Below the pieces are notes generated by a model, which saw nothing but the letters and a program-made list of their open reading frames with translations, did no database searches and was not told where the DNA came from. Positions 30,358 through 39,541 of a stretch of 64,000 bases of DNA are shown here, piece after piece (positions within the stretch are counted from its first letter, which is position 1; every line of letters starts with the position of its first letter). The translations under genes were made by a program, and so were the position numbers. This DNA is from a virus, in IMG/VR virus record IMGVR_UViG_3300009151_000031; one strand, written 5' to 3'.

Positions 30358-31335
30358 ATGGCCACAACTTTAGCAGAAATTAGAGCAAAACTTCAGTCGC
30401 AAGATACACGCGGCGGCAACAAACAATCAGGTGGCGACAACGCTATCTATCCACATTGGAACATTGCAGAAGGCTCTACCACACGTATTAGATTCCTCCC
30501 CGACGGTAACACCAAGAACAGCTTCTTTTGGGCTGAACGAGCAATGATTCGTTTGTCATTTGCTGGCGTAAAAGGCCAAGCAGACAGCAAGCCAGTTGTA
30601 GTTCAAGTTCCATGTATGGAAATGTATGGTGCGGCATGTCCAATTCTAGCCGAGGTACGTCCTTGGTTCAAAGACCCTAGCCTAGAGGAAATGGGTCGTA
30701 AGTATTGGAAGAAGAAGAGCTATGTATTCCAAGGCTTTGTACGTGAGAACGCACTAAGCGATGACAAGACGCCGGCCAATCCAATCCGTCGTTTTACTAT
30801 TAGCCCACAGATCTTTAATATCATCAAAGCGGCATTGATGGATCCAGAAATGGAAGAATTGCCAACAGACTTGCAACGTGGTTTGGATTTCCAAATTGTT
30901 AAAACAAGTAAAGGTGGCTATGCTGACTACTCTACAAGCAAGTGGTCACGTAAAGAATCTGCTATAACAGCAGAAGAACAAGCGGCTATTGACGAGCATG
31001 GACTGTTTAACTTGTCAGACTTCTTGCCTAAGCAACCTACCGAAACAGAGTTGAAGGTTATCAAAGAAATGTTTGAAGCATCGGTTGATGGTCAAGCATA
31101 CGATGCCGACAAATGGGGTGCTTATTACAAACCTTACGGTTTAGATACACCTAATGCGGCGCCAAAAGCAACAGCAGATGCTGGCGATGCACCTACTCCG
31201 GTAGCAAAGCCAGCAGTTGTAGTTGAAGATGAAGACGAAGCACCAACTCCTACTGCCCCAGTAGAAGCCGCTAAACCTTCTAGCCAAAAGGCAGAAGATA
31301 TTTTAGCAATGATTCGTAATCGTCAGAAGCAATAA
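30358..31335 (+). CDS. gp32: Single-stranded DNA-binding protein
   Basis: RIRFLP, VPCMEMYG..CPI, YWKKKSY, G.DF.I.K..KGGYADY..S, acidic tail. Confidence 0.9.
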   Translation: MATTLAEIRAKLQSQDTRGGNKQSGGDNAIYPHWNIAEGSTTRIRFLPDGNTKNSFFWAERAMIRLSFAGVKGQADSKPVVVQVPCMEMYGAACPILAEVRPWFKDPSLEEMGRKYWKKKSYVFQGFVRENALSDDKTPANPIRRFTISPQIFNIIKAALMDPEMEELPTDLQRGLDFQIVKTSKGGYADYSTSKWSRKESAITAEEQAAIDEHGLFNLSDFLPKQPTETELKVIKEMFEASVDGQAYDADKWGAYYKPYGLDTPNAAPKATADAGDAPTPVAKPAVVVEDEDEAPTPTAPVEAAKPSSQKAEDILAMIRNRQKQ

Positions 31336-31347
31336 CTTTAACTGATC

Positions 31348-31377
31348 GAGTGTGGGGGCTTTGGTCCCCACTCTTTC
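31348..31377 (+). terminator. Possible intrinsic terminator
   Basis: gag..tggggg/tcccca-ctc hairpin plus short T run after gp32. Confidence 0.45.
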
Positions 31378-31380
31378 ATT

Positions 31381-32502
31381 ATGAATCAGATAAATTCTAT
31401 TGGGTTTGCATTAGATCCAACTAATATTCCAAGTTTTCTACTAGACTGGGAACTAACTAAGTTATGTAACTTAGACTGTTCCTATTGTCCTACGGGTATA
31501 GAAGGTGGTCACGACAACTCAACTCGGCATCCTCCGCTAGAAGAATGTCTACGCACAATTGATTTTATGTATGAATACGTAGATCAATATATGCGGCATA
31601 AGAAAGAATCACAACGCAAAGTAGTTTTAAATGTTTATGGTGGAGAAAGTTTATTCCATCCCGACATTATTACGATCCTAAAAGCAGTGAAAGACAAACA
31701 TGAACAATATAAAGATTCGTGGTATCTAACTGTAACTTGTACTACAAATGGAGTAGTAGGACAAAGTCGATGGGCACGTATTGTTCCGCTAATAGATGAG
31801 TTTACTGTAAGCTATCATTCAGAAAACTATTCTAAACAAAAACATCAAGTTCTAAAAAATCTATTGTATCTTAAAGAAAACAATAAACGATTTAAGTGCG
31901 TAGTAATGATGCACAACGATCTAGAATTGTTCAAAGACTCTGAATCAGTTATTACATTTTGTAAAGAAAACAGTATTCGCTATACAGCAAAACCCTTGGA
32001 TAACCAACAACCGGAATGGCAGTATACAGGCGAACAATATTCTACACTTAAGACATACTGGATGGTTCCTGCTGAAGTAACCAAAGACAAGGTACAGGCA
32101 ATTGAAGAAGGACGTAGTTGTTGTGGCGGACGTAAATTAAGTCTCAATGGCGATTTAAAATCTAGTGTGGGGTTTGTTCCCAGACAAGGGTTTGAAGGTT
32201 GGTCATGTAGTGTAAATTGGTTTTTCTTGTTTGTGCGGCAACTAGATGGTGCTGTATATACCAATAAGGATTGCCTAATGAGCACAACTGGCAACGTAGA
32301 ACCTTTAGGAAATATTAACAACGCACAAAAGATTATAAGTACGCTTAAGGATCAATTGGATAATGGAGCAATGCCCATTATTAAATGTAAAAAACGAATT
32401 TGTAGATGTGGGTTCTGTGCCCCAAAAGCCGAAAGTGAAAATGACTTTCGGGATTTAATTAAGAGAAACGTTCCAGTTGACGTTTTTCTAAAAGAGTGTT
32501 AA
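31381..32502 (+). CDS. Radical SAM protein
   Basis: CNLDCSYC (CxxxCxxC), YGGES, TTNG, Cys-rich C-terminus (CRCGFC). Confidence 0.85.
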   Translation: MNQINSIGFALDPTNIPSFLLDWELTKLCNLDCSYCPTGIEGGHDNSTRHPPLEECLRTIDFMYEYVDQYMRHKKESQRKVVLNVYGGESLFHPDIITILKAVKDKHEQYKDSWYLTVTCTTNGVVGQSRWARIVPLIDEFTVSYHSENYSKQKHQVLKNLLYLKENNKRFKCVVMMHNDLELFKDSESVITFCKENSIRYTAKPLDNQQPEWQYTGEQYSTLKTYWMVPAEVTKDKVQAIEEGRSCCGGRKLSLNGDLKSSVGFVPRQGFEGWSCSVNWFFLFVRQLDGAVYTNKDCLMSTTGNVEPLGNINNAQKIISTLKDQLDNGAMPIIKCKKRICRCGFCAPKAESENDFRDLIKRNVPVDVFLKEC

Positions 32503-32530
32503 ACTAACAATAATCAATAAGGAAACTATC

Positions 32531-33649
32531 ATGGCTAAACCATTTGACGTATCAAAATTTCGCAAAAGCATTACAAAAAGTATCGACGGTATTAGCGTCG
32601 GCTTTACAGATCCAACTGACTGGATCAGCACAAACAATTACGCATTAAACTATTTGATCAGTGGAGACTTTAACAAAGGTGTTCCGCTAGGTAAAGTTAC
32701 CGTGTTTGCTGGAGAATCTGGCGCAGGTAAATCATTTATCTGTTCAGGTAACTTGGTAGCTAACGCACAAAAGCAAGGCATCTATGTTATCCTGGTAGAT
32801 AGTGAAAACGCACTTGACGAAAAGTGGCTACACGCATTGAATGTAGACACAAGTGAAGACAAACTTCTCAAACTTAACATGGCCATGATCGACGATGTGG
32901 GCAAGATGATCAGTGAGTTTGTTAAAGAATACAAAACACTACCAGAACTAGAACGTCCTAAGGTTTTGTTTGTAGTTGACTCGTTGGGCATGTTGCTAAC
33001 ACCAACAGACGTTAACCAATTTGAAGCAGGAGACATGAAAGGCGATATGGGTCGTAAGCCCAAAGCACTTGCCGCACTAGTTCGTAATTGTGTTAATATG
33101 TTTGGTAGTTTGAATCTAGGCCTAGTATGTACAGCACACACATACGCAAGTCAGGACATGTTTGATCCTGATGACAAGATCAGCGGTGGACAGGGTTTTA
33201 TCTACGCTAGCTCTATCGTTGTGGCAATGCGTAAGTTGAAATTAAAAGAAGATGAAGATGGCAACAAGATCTCAGAAGTTAAAGGTATTCGTGCCGCTTG
33301 TAAGATTATGAAAACACGTTATGCTAAACCTTTTGAATCAGTACAGGTTAAGATTCCGTACGAAGAAGGTATGAATCCCTACTCTGGTCTAGTTGACTTG
33401 TTTGAAGGCAAGGGCTTACTTGCTAAAGAAGGTAACAGTTTGGTATATACATTAGTTGATGGCACTATTATCAAGAAGTTCCGCAAAGCATGGGAACGAA
33501 ATGAAGATGTATGTTTGGATCGTGCCATGGCAGACTTTGTTGCTAATCCACATCACAAGACTGTTGATGTAGAAGAACTCGAAGCAGTAGTAGAAGCTAT
33601 TGTTGAAGAAAAACCAAAGAAGTCTAAAAAAGAGGAAGTAGTTGAGTAA
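32531..33649 (+). CDS. uvsX: RecA-like recombinase
   Basis: AGESGAGKS, DSENA, VVDSLG, SGGQG..YASS..., acidic/basic tail. Confidence 0.95.
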   Translation: MAKPFDVSKFRKSITKSIDGISVGFTDPTDWISTNNYALNYLISGDFNKGVPLGKVTVFAGESGAGKSFICSGNLVANAQKQGIYVILVDSENALDEKWLHALNVDTSEDKLLKLNMAMIDDVGKMISEFVKEYKTLPELERPKVLFVVDSLGMLLTPTDVNQFEAGDMKGDMGRKPKALAALVRNCVNMFGSLNLGLVCTAHTYASQDMFDPDDKISGGQGFIYASSIVVAMRKLKLKEDEDGNKISEVKGIRAACKIMKTRYAKPFESVQVKIPYEEGMNPYSGLVDLFEGKGLLAKEGNSLVYTLVDGTIIKKFRKAWERNEDVCLDRAMADFVANPHHKTVDVEELEAVVEAIVEEKPKKSKKEEVVE

Positions 33650-34265
33650 TATACTCATCATTGGTGATAGCTTTGCCGCAGATTGGTCTACTAAATATAA
33701 AGACTATTTAGGTTGGCCCAGTCTGCTAGCAGAACAGCACACCGTAACTAATCTTGCACAAGCAGGAGTTAGTGAGTATAAAATTTACAAACAATTACTT
33801 TCAGTTAAAGATTTAAGCGTATTTGATGCAGTTATTGTAGCGCACACGAGCCCGTACCGTGTGCCTACTAGACTACACCCTGTACATTTTAATGATGTAT
33901 TGCACAATAAGTCAGATTTAATTTATACAGACATTGAATATCATTCTTTTCAGTTAAAAAATATGTTCAATAGAAGTTTATGTGCGGCAAAGAAGTTTTT
34001 TACATATCATTTTGACGAAGAGTTTTTTGAAGTTAGTTATGGATTATTTAGAGATAAGATAAACACTATATTAGCTGATAAAAAAGTTATCACTCTTGCA
34101 ACGTTTGATACATGGGCGTCAACAGAAAAATATGTACTAGACTTTGTTGATTTGTTAAATACCCAACCGGGATTAATAAATCATTATTCAAAAGAAGGCA
34201 ACCAAACTGTGTGTAACACGGTAATTGCTACACTAAAATTAATATCAAAGGAAACTAAACAATGA
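33642..34265 (+). CDS. SGNH hydrolase-fold protein
   Basis: IIGDSFA, NLAQAGVSE, NHYSKEGN. TTG start. Confidence 0.6.
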   Translation: MSNILIIGDSFAADWSTKYKDYLGWPSLLAEQHTVTNLAQAGVSEYKIYKQLLSVKDLSVFDAVIVAHTSPYRVPTRLHPVHFNDVLHNKSDLIYTDIEYHSFQLKNMFNRSLCAAKKFFTYHFDEEFFEVSYGLFRDKINTILADKKVITLATFDTWASTEKYVLDFVDLLNTQPGLINHYSKEGNQTVCNTVIATLKLISKETKQ

Positions 34266-34489
34266 GTATGGACGTAGAAGTTTTAATTGAAGCATATACT
34301 ATTTTAAAACAGTATATCCCACAGAAAGATCGTCAAGAAGCCGCAGACAATCTTATGAGCATTATGGTTGACATGTTAAATGATGAAGAGCTTGCTAATT
34401 TTGGCGGAGCAGATAATACACTTAAACGTGCCCTTAAAGAATACTCAGCCGACGATGATGAAGTCGAGGACGAAGAAGGTGATTGGTAA
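34262..34489 (+). CDS. Hypothetical acidic protein
   Basis: 75-aa ORF, AAGGA RBS. Confidence 0.6.
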   Translation: MSMDVEVLIEAYTILKQYIPQKDRQEAADNLMSIMVDMLNDEELANFGGADNTLKRALKEYSADDDEVEDEEGDW

Positions 34490-35123
34490 ATCGGGCGTAA
34501 TTGATAATTTCTTTACTGAGCCAGAATTGGACCCAGTGATAAAATACCTGTCGAATTTAAAATCAGCATTTAGTTACGGCAACGGAATTGATGCAACTAA
34601 TAGTCTTTATCCGTGGTTTGTTAAAAAGTGTTTTAACAAGATACAAGAAACATTTGGCAAAGACCTAATACTTAACAGAGTTACGTATTTAAATGATGGA
34701 GTTCCTATTTCATTACATTCAGATTATTACCAAATGGATGGTAAAGGGATACCAAAGTTTGCAATGCTAATCCCAATCTCAGTTAACAATGATAGGTCGT
34801 TTAAAAGCAAAGTTCATACTGTTATTTTTAATGAGGTTGATGAATTTTCTAATAGAACAGACAAATTAACTACACATTGGAATAAAGAAGGTTGGTATAG
34901 TAATAAATCGATTAAAGAAAATAATGCTATGCAATATAAAGATGAACATCTTGGGCATCTTAGCACTGAAGATTTAGAATGTTTGACTGTGCATACTATA
35001 TCGGAATGGAAGTTTGGTAGTTTAATATATTGGGATTCAAGTCTATTACACACAAGCGATAACTTTACAAAAAACAATGTTACATCAAAACAGGCGTTAG
35101 TACTACACACTTATGTTTTATAA
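34479..35123 (+). CDS. 2OG-Fe(II) oxygenase-like protein
   Basis: LHSDY (HxD) and distal LLHTS His, followed by a K/Q..LV strand. Start placed at GTG 34479. Confidence 0.5.
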   Translation: MIGKSGVIDNFFTEPELDPVIKYLSNLKSAFSYGNGIDATNSLYPWFVKKCFNKIQETFGKDLILNRVTYLNDGVPISLHSDYYQMDGKGIPKFAMLIPISVNNDRSFKSKVHTVIFNEVDEFSNRTDKLTTHWNKEGWYSNKSIKENNAMQYKDEHLGHLSTEDLECLTVHTISEWKFGSLIYWDSSLLHTSDNFTKNNVTSKQALVLHTYVL

Positions 35124-35568
35124 TAAAATCGTTGCCAATCTTGGAGAAATTCCAAACTTCATTGATTACTATGAAGGCGAACTTATTGCGGCTAAAGCCG
35201 ACATTAAAATTCGAGGCAACGTAGAACGAGCATTAAGTAACTTGCCGGGTGAAACAGAACATCGTTTTAATCAATTGCAAGAAATTGAAGCAGTATTAGA
35301 GTTTCTTAATATACAGTTGCGTAAAATACGTCAGTCACACTATAAAAAATATTTAGAAGCCTATGCTCGTGCATTAACAAGCCGAGATGCAGAAAAGTAT
35401 GCAGAAGCCGAAGACGAAGTTATTGATATGGAAACTATTATCAACGAGGTAGCACTACTCCGTAACAAATGGTTAGGAGTAATGAAAGGCATAGAGAGTA
35501 AGAACTTTATGCTAGGGCACGTTGTTCGATTACGAACGGCGGGTATGGAGGATATTGTTGTATCATGA
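35113..35568 (+). CDS. uvsY: Recombination mediator protein
   Basis: YKKYLEAY.RALTSRDAEKY...NEVALLRNKWLG.MKG.ESK...R.AGMED, near uvsX and gp32. Confidence 0.8.
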   Translation: MFYNKIVANLGEIPNFIDYYEGELIAAKADIKIRGNVERALSNLPGETEHRFNQLQEIEAVLEFLNIQLRKIRQSHYKKYLEAYARALTSRDAEKYAEAEDEVIDMETIINEVALLRNKWLGVMKGIESKNFMLGHVVRLRTAGMEDIVVS

Positions 35569-35819
35569 TAGACTGGAAAGCACGAGCTGATCAACTATTA
35601 GAAGAGTTTAACATGTGCATTAAGGCTAAACCAATGCACAATGTAGTAGATATACAATTAGAAAAAGATACGGTTGCTAAGTTTGCTTATAATTTAAGTA
35701 CACAACGTGGCTGGGGTTCTGATACGGAGATTGCTGAAGCAATTTATCAACTTGAACCAAGACTTGCAGAACTTAAAAAGAAATTAATTATAGAGATACT
35801 ACAACGTGGGCCTGTTTAA
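35565..35819 (+). CDS. Hypothetical protein
   Basis: 84-aa coupled ORF. Confidence 0.55.
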   Translation: MIDWKARADQLLEEFNMCIKAKPMHNVVDIQLEKDTVAKFAYNLSTQRGWGSDTEIAEAIYQLEPRLAELKKKLIIEILQRGPV

Positions 35820-36561
35820 AAACTCATACGCTAGCCATGATCATAGTTTAGAATTTTTAAACATGATCTATGGGTATGATACCTTTCTTGACAATTTAGA
35901 AGTCATAGCCGATATGGGCTGTGGCGAAGGTCGAGACGTTGAGTGGTGGGCTACATTAACTACACGTGACGATCCGCCTATTCCGCACAACTATCTAGTA
36001 TATGCTGTAGATAAAGATATTAACCAAATAGAACCAGACATACTAAAAAACAATACTAACGTAAAAGCTATTGAAGGAGACTTTGAAACTCGTGTTGTTC
36101 CTAGGAATGTTGATTTAATTTGGGCACATGATAGTTTCCAGTATGCCCGAGACCCATTTAAGTGTTTGAATACATGGAAAAGTACACTGAATGTTAATGG
36201 TATGTTATTAATGACAATACCACAGACTACTTACTTGTATAATAATCGTCTAATAGTTGCTAACTATAGTCATCAATACTATAACTATAATATATTGAAT
36301 ATGATGTATATGTTGGCCATTAGCGGATTTGATTGTAGAGATGCATATTTTTATCGTAAAGAAAATAGCCCTTGGTTGTATATTGGCGTGTATGCTAGCG
36401 AACACGGACCATTAACTCAAGATGCTACATGGTACGATTTAGCGGATCGCAACTTAATTAACGACAGCGTAATTAATAGCGTAAGTAAATATGGATACGC
36501 TAGATTAGAAGATGTTGTTGTAAGTTGGTTCGATAAAAACTTATATCAAATAACAAATTAA
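35806..36561 (+). CDS. Class I SAM-dependent methyltransferase
   Basis: IADMGCGEG motif I, DLIWAHDSF motif IV. Confidence 0.8.
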   Translation: MGLFKNSYASHDHSLEFLNMIYGYDTFLDNLEVIADMGCGEGRDVEWWATLTTRDDPPIPHNYLVYAVDKDINQIEPDILKNNTNVKAIEGDFETRVVPRNVDLIWAHDSFQYARDPFKCLNTWKSTLNVNGMLLMTIPQTTYLYNNRLIVANYSHQYYNYNILNMMYMLAISGFDCRDAYFYRKENSPWLYIGVYASEHGPLTQDATWYDLADRNLINDSVINSVSKYGYARLEDVVVSWFDKNLYQITN

Positions 36562-36562
36562 A

Positions 36563-37297
36563 ATGAAAATTGTAATAGTAACCGGGGGATTTGATCCCAT
36601 ACACAGTGGACATATTGCTTACCTTAAAGAAGCACGACTCCTAGGCGACATGCTAATAGTAGGACTAAACAGCGATGCGTGGTTGGAACGTAAAAAAGGT
36701 CGTGCGTTTATGCCATTCACGGAACGTGCCTGTATCATTGATAATCTGTCAATGGTTGATTATGTGATTAATTTTTCTGATGACGATAACACCGCAATAG
36801 ATGCAATACGCAAAGTTCAGGCCGAATATCCAGGTGCTACTATCATATTTGCCAACGGTGGTGACCGCACACAAAACAACATTCCTGAAATGTCAGTAGC
36901 AGGAGTAACATTTGCATTTGGTGTTGGGGGAACTAATAAAGCCAACAGTAGTAGTTGGATCCTTGAGGAGTGGAAAGCACCCAAGATCTATCGTCCTTGG
37001 GGGTATTACCGTGTGTTATACGATGTTCCTGGAACGAAAGTTAAGGAGTTAGTAGTCGAGCCGGGTAAACAACTAAGTATGCAACGTCATAAAATGCGAT
37101 CTGAATACTGGAAAGTAGCCGAAGGTATGGCCCGTGTGGTTAACGAAACTGGAACAACCACGTTAGGAATACATGGAAGCTATTTTGTAGCTCGTACTGA
37201 ATGGCATCAACTGACTAATCCGTTCAAAGATCCATTAAAGCTGGTAGAAATACAGTATGGCCCGGACTGTGCTGAAGAAGATATAGAACGCAGATAA
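36563..37297 (+). CDS. Cytidylyltransferase (HxGH) fused to mannose-6-phosphate isomerase type II cupin
   Basis: TGGFDPIHSGH, GLNSD, NGGDR, then RPWGYY...LSMQRH..RSE.W...EWHQL.N...EIQYG...EEDIER. Confidence 0.9.
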   Translation: MKIVIVTGGFDPIHSGHIAYLKEARLLGDMLIVGLNSDAWLERKKGRAFMPFTERACIIDNLSMVDYVINFSDDDNTAIDAIRKVQAEYPGATIIFANGGDRTQNNIPEMSVAGVTFAFGVGGTNKANSSSWILEEWKAPKIYRPWGYYRVLYDVPGTKVKELVVEPGKQLSMQRHKMRSEYWKVAEGMARVVNETGTTTLGIHGSYFVARTEWHQLTNPFKDPLKLVEIQYGPDCAEEDIERR

Positions 37298-37301
37298 ATA
37301 C

Positions 37302-38876
37302 TTGATGCGTAATTTAATCGATATCATCACTGAAGCTACTATTGCAGACTATCCAATGGGTACAACGTACCTAATTAGTGGTAGTAAATCTGGTCGTGCA
37401 TTAGCTGATGCATTATCGCATCAAGGCGTTAACATCGAAGAACCAATGGTTAGTGTTGATCAAAGTGAAGTTAACCCCAAAGAAATTAAAGCCTACGTAG
37501 GCAAAAATGCTCCGGGTGTTGCTAGTCAAGCATTCCGTGACGCCGATAACACATTGTGGGTTTACTATGGCGGTGCAAGCGGTATGAACAGTTGTTTTGT
37601 ACACGCAGATAAACTAGCTAACCGTGGCGAGATTGCAGAAGGCATTCTTGGCGCGGCTATGTTTGCCAAGTTTACTAAACGTGCCCCACAAGAAGAAATA
37701 GCACAAGTTACGGTACAAGATGTAGAACGTGTTCTTGCACAGTTGAGTAATAAAGCCGAAGACGTATACTCCGTTACGGTAAATGATGCCGATAATCGGC
37801 ATGCTGACACTATTACATTTGATCTATTCTTAAAAACAAAACCTTTTCAAGACCTAATGGATTTAAAAAAGCGCGAAGCACTTATGCAAGAGTTTAGTAG
37901 TGCCGCCGCCTATGTAAATACTCCCAATGCAGAACGTTACAGCCGTTACTTTTATATCAACGGTAAAACAGACTCGATCGAAATTATTGCCAATGGAGCA
38001 CTTGCTGAAAAATCAAGCAAGGTTGATGTGTTTGTACAAGTTAACGGTAAGCGTTTACGGTTAAACACTAGTCTTAAAGTTGGCGGCATCAAGCAGTTTG
38101 GTCAAGTTGGCGGCAGCGAAATGGCCAGTATGATTAAACTATGGAACTACTTTGGCGTTGATGTAGCACCAATGACTAAAAAGTTTGAAAAACTACGTAA
38201 CAACGATCAGTTTGACGCATTGGAATATATGTATCGCAACATTGCTGATCAGCTAGGTAAAGAACTACGCGGTAACAATGACAGAACTGAAGCATCGTTT
38301 GTAGTAAAAGTTGCTAATGCCGTTTCGTATTTTGCTACATTAGGCGAAAAGAATGTTGAGCTAGTAGACTTTAGCAAGGGTGGCTTCAAGATTTTACGTT
38401 TTAATGATCTAGTACAAAAGTTACATAATGTTGACTTAACAGCAACTTATAAAGAAGCAAAAGGTCGCCCAGAAATTGGTATCCATGATGTCTCAGATCC
38501 AAAACGAGAACTAGTAAGTATTCGTGTTAAAATTGAAAACAAAAAAGAAGGCCCTTATGTTCGTAACATCATCGAAAAAGGTCCGTTGTTAGAAGAATTA
38601 ACTACAGTACAACAAGGATCGTTGGCACACGGCACCGGATCAAAAATATTAGCACGTACACCTGCTCCGGTTAAAACAGCACCAGCATCCACCTCACCAG
38701 TTGCTAAAGTCAATGCACCAGTACAGCAACCAGTGGCCAAAAAACCAACAGGACCAACTCAAGATTATACCCCACCCGGACATCCAGACTATGTTGAGCC
38801 AGACGATGAGCTCAGATATTCTGAATCGGTAAGACCCAAACGCAGTCTGTCTGAAATACGTCGCCAACGCCGTTGA
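37302..38876 (+). CDS. Hypothetical late protein, possible PD-(D/E)xK nuclease fold
   Basis: gaTAAATA at 37293-37300, N-terminal IITEA, GEIAEG...KVDV...SLK spacing, Pro-rich linker and basic tail. Confidence 0.45.
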   Translation: MMRNLIDIITEATIADYPMGTTYLISGSKSGRALADALSHQGVNIEEPMVSVDQSEVNPKEIKAYVGKNAPGVASQAFRDADNTLWVYYGGASGMNSCFVHADKLANRGEIAEGILGAAMFAKFTKRAPQEEIAQVTVQDVERVLAQLSNKAEDVYSVTVNDADNRHADTITFDLFLKTKPFQDLMDLKKREALMQEFSSAAAYVNTPNAERYSRYFYINGKTDSIEIIANGALAEKSSKVDVFVQVNGKRLRLNTSLKVGGIKQFGQVGGSEMASMIKLWNYFGVDVAPMTKKFEKLRNNDQFDALEYMYRNIADQLGKELRGNNDRTEASFVVKVANAVSYFATLGEKNVELVDFSKGGFKILRFNDLVQKLHNVDLTATYKEAKGRPEIGIHDVSDPKRELVSIRVKIENKKEGPYVRNIIEKGPLLEELTTVQQGSLAHGTGSKILARTPAPVKTAPASTSPVAKVNAPVQQPVAKKPTGPTQDYTPPGHPDYVEPDDELRYSESVRPKRSLSEIRRQRR

Positions 38877-38901
38877 CCTTTAAATAGCAATAATATATAA
38901 T
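38873..38901 (+). promoter_or_regulatory. Sigma70-type promoter for the first tRNAs
   Basis: TTGACC-17-TATAAT. Confidence 0.75.
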
Positions 38902-38913
38902 ACATGCTTAGTT

Positions 38914-38988
38914 GGGCCAATAGCTTAATGGTAAAGCAATCGACTCATAATCGATTGAGTCTTGGTTCAATTCCAAGTTGGCCCACCA
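38914..38988 (+). tRNA. trnI2: tRNA(CAT), probably Ile2 (lysidine type)
   Basis: Cloverleaf with CCA. CGA-CTCATAA-TCG anticodon arm and G1-C72 as in bacterial Ile2. Confidence 0.8.
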
Positions 38989-39012
38989 GAATTAGTTGAT
39001 AAGTAGTACATT

Positions 39013-39097
39013 GCCCCGATGGTGGAATTGGTAGACACGCTGGTCTTAGAAGCCAGTGCCGAAAGGTGTGCGAGTTCGAGTCTCGCTTGGGGCACCA
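39013..39097 (+). tRNA. trnL: tRNA-Leu(TAG)
   Basis: Cloverleaf, long variable arm, CCA. Confidence 0.95.
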
Positions 39098-39113
39098 GAT
39101 TTAAGGAAGTAAG

Positions 39114-39320
39114 ATGAACATGGATCAAGCCGCAGTATTTTTAGCGGCAAGTATTTTAACAGCCTTAGGGTTTATTGTGTTTGTTATTGGCGCAGTTGTA
39201 GTAAACAATATTCTTCACCAATTTTGGAAGCCAATTAAATGGTCAAACTATTTAGAGTTTCCGCCAAACTTTATAGCCGAAGAAGATCTTAAAAAAGATA
39301 AAGAGCCTAAATTTAAGTAA
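39114..39320 (+). CDS. Small membrane protein
   Basis: 68 aa, one long hydrophobic segment, AAGGA RBS. Confidence 0.65.
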   Translation: MNMDQAAVFLAASILTALGFIVFVIGAVVVNNILHQFWKPIKWSNYLEFPPNFIAEEDLKKDKEPKFK

Positions 39321-39325
39321 AATCT

Positions 39326-39478
39326 GCGACTGTGGTGAAATAATGCCCGGGTGATGAAATGGTATACATAGAAGACTTAAAATCTTCCGTCTGTAATGGG
39401 CATGCCGGTTCGAGTCCGGCTCCGGGCACCAAGTTAGTTTGCGATGGTATGCCGGTTCGATTCCGGCCAGTCGCACCA
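39326..39478 (+). pseudogene. Split tRNA-Leu-like remnant enclosing an intact tRNA
   Basis: GCGACTG at 39326 pairs with CAGTCGC-ACCA at 39468-39478. T arm at 39451-39467. No anticodon arm of its own. Confidence 0.65.
39345..39431 (+). tRNA. trnL: tRNA-Leu(TAA), long variable arm
   Basis: gaaga-ctTAAaa-tcttc arm, CCA. Confidence 0.93.
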
Positions 39479-39541
39479 ATTAATCTAGCCCAAACGGGCT
39501 AAAATGATAAATAAAAGTAAGAACTTCAGGAGATTTCCCAC

